A stretch of 51,511 bases of DNA from Candidatus Woesearchaeota archaeon. GTDB lineage: Archaea > Nanobdellota > Nanobdellia > Woesearchaeales > UBA10216. Positions 47,053 to 51,511 of the stretch are shown here, one piece after another (position 1 is the first letter of the stretch; every line of letters begins with the position of its first letter). Made by a program: the position numbers and the translations under genes. Below the pieces are notes generated by a model. That model ran no database searches and had not been told where the DNA came from. It was given only the letters and a program-made list of their open reading frames with translations. The DNA lies in assembly GCA_016180085.1 (NCBI GenBank), contig JACPBX010000011.1, positions 1 through 51,511 of the forward strand, in the 5' to 3' direction.

Positions 47053-48329
47053 ATGAAGGAATACAAAACAATAACCAGGATTGCAGGGCCATTGATTTTT
47101 GTTGAGAAGACAGAGCCGGTTGGCTACGGTGAGCTGGTTAAGATTACGCTGCCAGATGGCGAGGTTAAGTCTGGCCAGGTCCTTGACACCAGCGGGGAAA
47201 TCGTTGTTGTGCAGGTCTTTGAAGGCACATCAGGGATTGACCTCAACTCTGGAGTGAAGTTCCTTGGTGAGACGATAAAGCTTCCTGTCTCGGAAGAGCT
47301 TTTGGGAAGGATACTGAATGGCGCTGGCAAGCCTATTGATGGCGGGCCTGATGTCGTTCCTGATGAGATGATGGAGATAACAGGCACAGCGATCAACCCT
47401 TATGCAAGAGCCAGCCCTTCTGATTTTATCCAGACCGGCATTTCCACAATTGATGGAACCAACACGCTGGTCAGGGGCCAGAAGCTGCCCTTGTTCTCAG
47501 GCTCAGGCCTGCCCCATAATGAGATAGCCTTGCAGTTATTTCAGAGTTTGAGGAAACCGGCGCTTTGAAAAGGGCTGTCGTTTTCCTTAACCTTGCTGAT
47601 GACCCTGCTGTTGAAAGGCTGATTACCCCGAGGATGGCCCTGACAGCCGCAGAATACCTTGCTTTCAGGAAGGAGATGCACGTTCTTGTCATCCTCACAG
47701 ATATGACTAATTATTGCGAAAGCCTCAGGGAAATTGGGGCTGCAAGGTCTGAGATTCCTGGAAGGAGGGGCTATCCGGGTTATACTTACACCGACTTAGC
47801 CATGCTGTATGAGCGCGCAGGGATTATCAAGGGAAAGAAGGGCAGTATTACGCAGCTCCCGATACTTACAATGCCTGGCGACGACATAACCCATCCGATT
47901 CCGGACCTTACAGGCTACATCACCGAAGGGCAGATTGTCCTGAGCAGGGAGCTTCACAGCCGCAACGTATACCCGCCGATTGACGTTCTCCCGTCTCTAA
48001 GCAGGCTGATGAACCTCGGCATAGGCCCTGGCAAGACCCGGGAAGACCACAAGCAGGTTTCTGACCAGATGTATGCGCTTTATGCAGAGGGAAAAGACCT
48101 TCGCGGCCTGGTTGCGATTGTTGGCGAGGAGTCGCTCTCTGAGAGGGAAAGGAAGGTTTTGAAATTTGCAGCTGATTTTGAGGCGAGGTTTGTTAAGCAG
48201 AGCCGCAACGAGGACCGTGACATAGAAAAAACGCTTGATACGGGCTGGCACCTGCTTTCCGAGCTTCCCGAGAATGAGCTGACGAGGATAAGCCCTGAGT
48301 TCAGGAAGAAGCACTATGGCAAGCATTAA
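47053..48329 (+). CDS. atpB: A/V-type ATP synthase subunit B, interrupted by a frameshifting deletion at about 47535
   Basis: [20 protein letters not shown] in one frame; [32 protein letters not shown] in another. Confidence 0.92.
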
Positions 48330-48942
48330 TGTTAAGCCGACAAGGTCTGAGCTTTTGCTTCTCAAGAAGAAGATAAAGCTGGCCAAGACAGGCCATAACC
48401 TGCTTAAGAAGAAGCGGGATGGCCTTATCCTTGAATTCTTTAACGTGCTGAAACTGGCAAAGGACATCAGGAAGGACCTGGTTGCAGCCTATTCGGCAGC
48501 GTTGCAGAAGGTTAACATTGCCAGGGCAATTGACGGAGACCTTGCAATCAGGTCCATCTCGCTGGCGCTCAAAAGCCTGCCTGTTGTTGAAGTCGCAACG
48601 AAAAACATCATGGGAGTAAAGGTTCCGAAAATCAGCTTTCCGGAGTTCAAAAAAAGCGTGTTCGAGAGGGGCTACGGCATTCTTTCAGCGACCTCAAAGA
48701 TAGACGAAGCGGCAATGGCCTATGAAATCGTTCTGGAGAAAGTAGTGGCGGCAGCGGAGATTGAACTTACGCTTAAAAAGCTGCTGCGGGAGATTGAAAA
48801 GACAAAGAGAAAGGTGAATGCCTTGGAGCTCCTCACCATCCCGAACCTTGAAAAAACTGCCGCATATATCAGGTTCAGGCTTGAGGAGATGGAAAGGGAG
48901 AACTTCTCAAGGCTCAAGAGGATGAAGACTATAAAGGTGTAA
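48316..48942 (+). CDS. atpD: A/V-type ATP synthase subunit D
   Basis: [30 protein letters not shown]. Confidence 0.95.
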   Translation: MASINVKPTRSELLLLKKKIKLAKTGHNLLKKKRDGLILEFFNVLKLAKDIRKDLVAAYSAALQKVNIARAIDGDLAIRSISLALKSLPVVEVATKNIMGVKVPKISFPEFKKSVFERGYGILSATSKIDEAAMAYEIVLEKVVAAAEIELTLKKLLREIEKTKRKVNALELLTIPNLEKTAAYIRFRLEEMERENFSRLKRMKTIKV

Positions 48943-49139
48943 TGGCTTTGATAGTATAGTCTGTATCTAAGATTTCCTATATTCTGGAACATATATGTTC
49001 TATAAAAGTAGGTGATTAGTTATTAGCTATGCTTTATTTGAGTAGCCTAAAAGTTTGACTTTCCAGGACTTCGATTACTTCTCGGACAAAATCTAATCTA
49101 TACCAAAATATTTAAAGTCGTAATTGACTGGCATAGTCC

Positions 49140-50204
49140 ATGGTTCATTATATTGGGATAGATACTCGTCGGTTCTATAGAAGTTCGATTAAATTTGATG
49201 GAACCACTGGCACTTTTGAATCTGTAATTGGCGTTGCCGCCATCACAAGTAATTTTGAAAACTTCGATAGATCGTATGTCGATGCAATAGACTACGCTTT
49301 TAAAAAAGTAGGCATTAACGTAGATTACAAGTACTATTGTTCTCACGACTTATCGAAACTTAAAGAGAAAAACCTTATTGAAGACGCTTTTATTGAGAAG
49401 ATAAGTCTTGCTCTTGATGCCGTAACAGTATTCTATACGCTATTTTCCCCGCGACAATTGAGCGACGTTAAAGTTTATGGAAGAATGTCCAAGAGACTAA
49501 AAATAGGGTTGTCTAGCCCAATTATGGATTATAGAGAACTTCTTTCCAAACATTTGACACAGTGCTTTCCTGTGATTTGTGCATGGAAATTGGCTGCATT
49601 TTATCAACCGATGACTGCCCAATTTCATCTAGACTCTTACGAAGGTCACATAAACGAGGCACAAGAGGAATTTGACCAAGCGAATTTGTCTCGGTTTATT
49701 TATCCTCATGGAGATTGTTCAAACCCTTTAATATCTACTGCCGATTTGCTAGCGAGTTCTTTAGACCGAAGACTTTTGGCAGCCAGAAAAACTTTAATTT
49801 TTGAGAACATACGGCCCGCATTTCCAGAGTTTGCTATGTTAGGCGAAAAATTCCGCGCTTTTCCAATCTTGAATCAGCATCTTCCAAAAATCACCCCGCT
49901 TGACAAGATTCCAATAGATACTTCACCATATCTTAAACATCCGGTTTTTTGGGTTTTCAAAAATGATCCAATGATTGCGCTCGAGTTTATCAAAGAAAGC
50001 GAACCCTACAGAAGACTAATCGATCTTGCAGCTTCTGCCGGAGGTGTAGTCAAAGCTTTCGATAAAAGAACTGACTACAACTATCTTCAAGCAGGCGATA
50101 GGGGTGTTTATTTTAACTCTTCGGGATTGGAAACAATCCAATCATTTAACAAATTTGGAAAAGGTTTAACTCCTTTTAAATTAGATATAATGATATCAAA
50201 ATGA
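49140..50204 (+). CDS. AT-rich hypothetical protein, possible RNase H-fold (DUF3800-like) nuclease
   Basis: YIGID first strand, central HLDSYE, late ISTADLLA helix; lower GC than the flanks. Confidence 0.5.
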   Translation: MVHYIGIDTRRFYRSSIKFDGTTGTFESVIGVAAITSNFENFDRSYVDAIDYAFKKVGINVDYKYYCSHDLSKLKEKNLIEDAFIEKISLALDAVTVFYTLFSPRQLSDVKVYGRMSKRLKIGLSSPIMDYRELLSKHLTQCFPVICAWKLAAFYQPMTAQFHLDSYEGHINEAQEEFDQANLSRFIYPHGDCSNPLISTADLLASSLDRRLLAARKTLIFENIRPAFPEFAMLGEKFRAFPILNQHLPKITPLDKIPIDTSPYLKHPVFWVFKNDPMIALEFIKESEPYRRLIDLAASAGGVVKAFDKRTDYNYLQAGDRGVYFNSSGLETIQSFNKFGKGLTPFKLDIMISK

Positions 50205-50403
50205 AACATATATAAAGAAGACTACAAATGCTTAAATACTTTATAATACTTACATAGTTTACGACATTAACCGTTAGGTTATGTCTACATCGTACGCTGA
50301 TAACCTCATACTTCTACATTTTATAAAGGGAAAAAATCCCCTATATAACTATAACTCATTTGAATTAAGCGCAAATAAATCAACGATAGAGATGAATTGA
50401 AAA

Positions 50404-50574
50404 ATGACAACCAAATCCGGATGGGAAATTGCTTTAATTATTCTTGGAGTTATAGCTCTTATAAACACCATAGCTCCTTGGATACAATCATTAGAAAAAT
50501 CTCAAGGGCCACTAACCTCACTTATCGTCTTCGTAGTTATCTTATACCTTCTCTTTAGTAAGTGGAAAACGTAA
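50404..50574 (+). CDS. 56-aa two-TM small membrane protein (not in the ORF track)
   Basis: MTTKSGWEIALIILGVIALINTIAPWIQSLEKSQGPLTSLIVFVVILYLLFSKWKT. Confidence 0.55.
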   Translation: MTTKSGWEIALIILGVIALINTIAPWIQSLEKSQGPLTSLIVFVVILYLLFSKWKT

Positions 50575-50622
50575 TGGCGTAATGGGCAAGTTTTTTATAC
50601 TAAGGCGTTTCTCACCCCTCTT

Positions 50623-50775
50623 ATGGCAGACGAACGCATCAGCATGCCGGCTTCCCAGGGCGGCTTGGTTAGGTATTACAACGAGTACAAGAGCAAGATC
50701 CAGATTAAGCCAATTCACGTCGTTGCCTTTGCCATTGCGGTAATAGTTTTGGAGCTTCTCATCAGGATTTTCTGA
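50623..50775 (+). CDS. secG: Preprotein translocase subunit Sec61beta/SecG (not in the ORF track)
   Basis: MPASQGGLVRYYNE..KIQIKP + TM. Confidence 0.92.
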   Translation: MADERISMPASQGGLVRYYNEYKSKIQIKPIHVVAFAIAVIVLELLIRIF

Positions 50776-50846
50776 GCCAATGCCGATGTAAGGCACAGCA
50801 TAAAAAAGCAACATTTAATAACAGAATCAGCTGTCTTTTTCTTTCT

Positions 50847-51203
50847 ATGTTTCCCGGGATGGACAAAAGAGCTATGGAAGCTGCGATGCGCAAGCTGGGG
50901 GTGCAGCAGCAGCCAATTGACGCAGAGGAGGTCGTGATAAAGCTGAAAGGCAGCAACAGCGAGATAGTGATAGCCAATCCTTCGGTTACGAAAGTCAGCA
51001 TGATGGGACAGAACACGTTCCAGATTGCGGGTGAGTATGCTGAACGGCCTCAATCATCGCGGCAGCCGCAACTATTTAACGACGACGATGTGAAAACTGT
51101 TGTTGGCCAAACCGGCGCATCTGAGGCTGAGGCAAAGGCCGCCCTTGCCAGTGTAAATGGCGACTTGGCGGCAGCTATATTGTTCCTTAATGATAAAAAG
51201 TAA
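50847..51203 (+). CDS. nac: Nascent polypeptide-associated complex protein
   Basis: AMRKLGVQQQPIDAEEVVI; C-terminal UBA-like DDVKTVVGQTG..GDLAAAIL. Confidence 0.93.
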   Translation: MFPGMDKRAMEAAMRKLGVQQQPIDAEEVVIKLKGSNSEIVIANPSVTKVSMMGQNTFQIAGEYAERPQSSRQPQLFNDDDVKTVVGQTGASEAEAKAALASVNGDLAAAILFLNDKK

Positions 51204-51289
51204 AAAAGAGGCGGTCACGGCTGTTGCCATTGTTGCCATTTGAACCGCAGTGGGTAACGTTTATATAATTAACTCACTATACCAATCGC

Positions 51290-51511
51290 ATGGAGAGGTT
51301 CCAGGAGGAGTTGTCAGCCGGTAGGCAGCAGCTGATGACAGCAGACCACCTGGTTTCAATAACATTCCCTCTTGTGAAGGATAATAAGCTTTTGCTTACG
51401 GCCATTGAGAGCCTTTTCGCTGCGGCAAAAAGCCTGATGGCTTCGCTGCTTCATTACGAGAGCGCGTTCAAAAGGCTGCCAAGGTTCAAGGAAGATTATG
51501 ACTCAATGATT
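51290..51511 (+). CDS. Conserved-looking hypothetical helical protein, 3'-truncated
   Basis: MERFQEELSAGRQQLMTADHLVSITFPLVKDNKLLL...; TTTATATA promoter upstream. Confidence 0.7.
   Translation, partial: MERFQEELSAGRQQLMTADHLVSITFPLVKDNKLLLTAIESLFAAAKSLMASLLHYESAFKRLPRFKEDYDSMI

Noticed and set aside
1-51511. Alternative genetic code, rRNA/tRNA genes, transposases or prophage
   Set aside because: Conserved genes end at TAA/TAG/TGA where expected; no rRNA, tRNA, integrase, transposase or virion motifs were recognised by eye, although tRNAscan/barrnap would be needed to exclude them.

Overview
Archaeal chromosome segment, most consistent with a DPANN / Woesearchaeota-type lineage. That assignment is inferred from Nop5, fibrillarin, RadA/RadB, RPA, NAC, Sec61beta, the A/V-type ATPase operon, BRE-TATA promoters and many KKG/KRG class III signal peptides. 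Housekeeping blocks (nop5-flpA-cysS; rpa-radA; TRAM-thpR; rps2; phoU-radB; atpH-I-K-E-C-F-A-B-D; secG-nac) alternate with accessory regions. (1) A ~9 kb signalling island holds a GAF-GAF histidine kinase and a lone receiver protein separated by three tandem, differently degenerated acetylglutamate-kinase-fold paralogs, plus a minimal channel-RCK_C protein and a membrane TPR-phosphotransferase. (2) A ~13 kb locus encodes 11 class III (pilin-type) signal-peptide proteins. These include two micro-pilins missed by the ORF track and a 2045-aa protein with three internal repeats and a toxin/translocator-like C-terminal half; this is the best candidate for an undescribed host-contact system. (3) Smaller items are two vapBC loci with visible operators, a candidate structured ncRNA, a fungal-Tyr1-like dehydrogenase, a hyper-acidic micro-protein and an AT-rich island encoding an RNase H-fold-like protein. 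Three conserved genes (nop5, tyrA-like, atpB) carry frameshifting deletions, which are most likely assembly errors. No rRNA, tRNA, CRISPR array or transposase was recognised. All family assignments come from motif recognition by eye; no database search was run.
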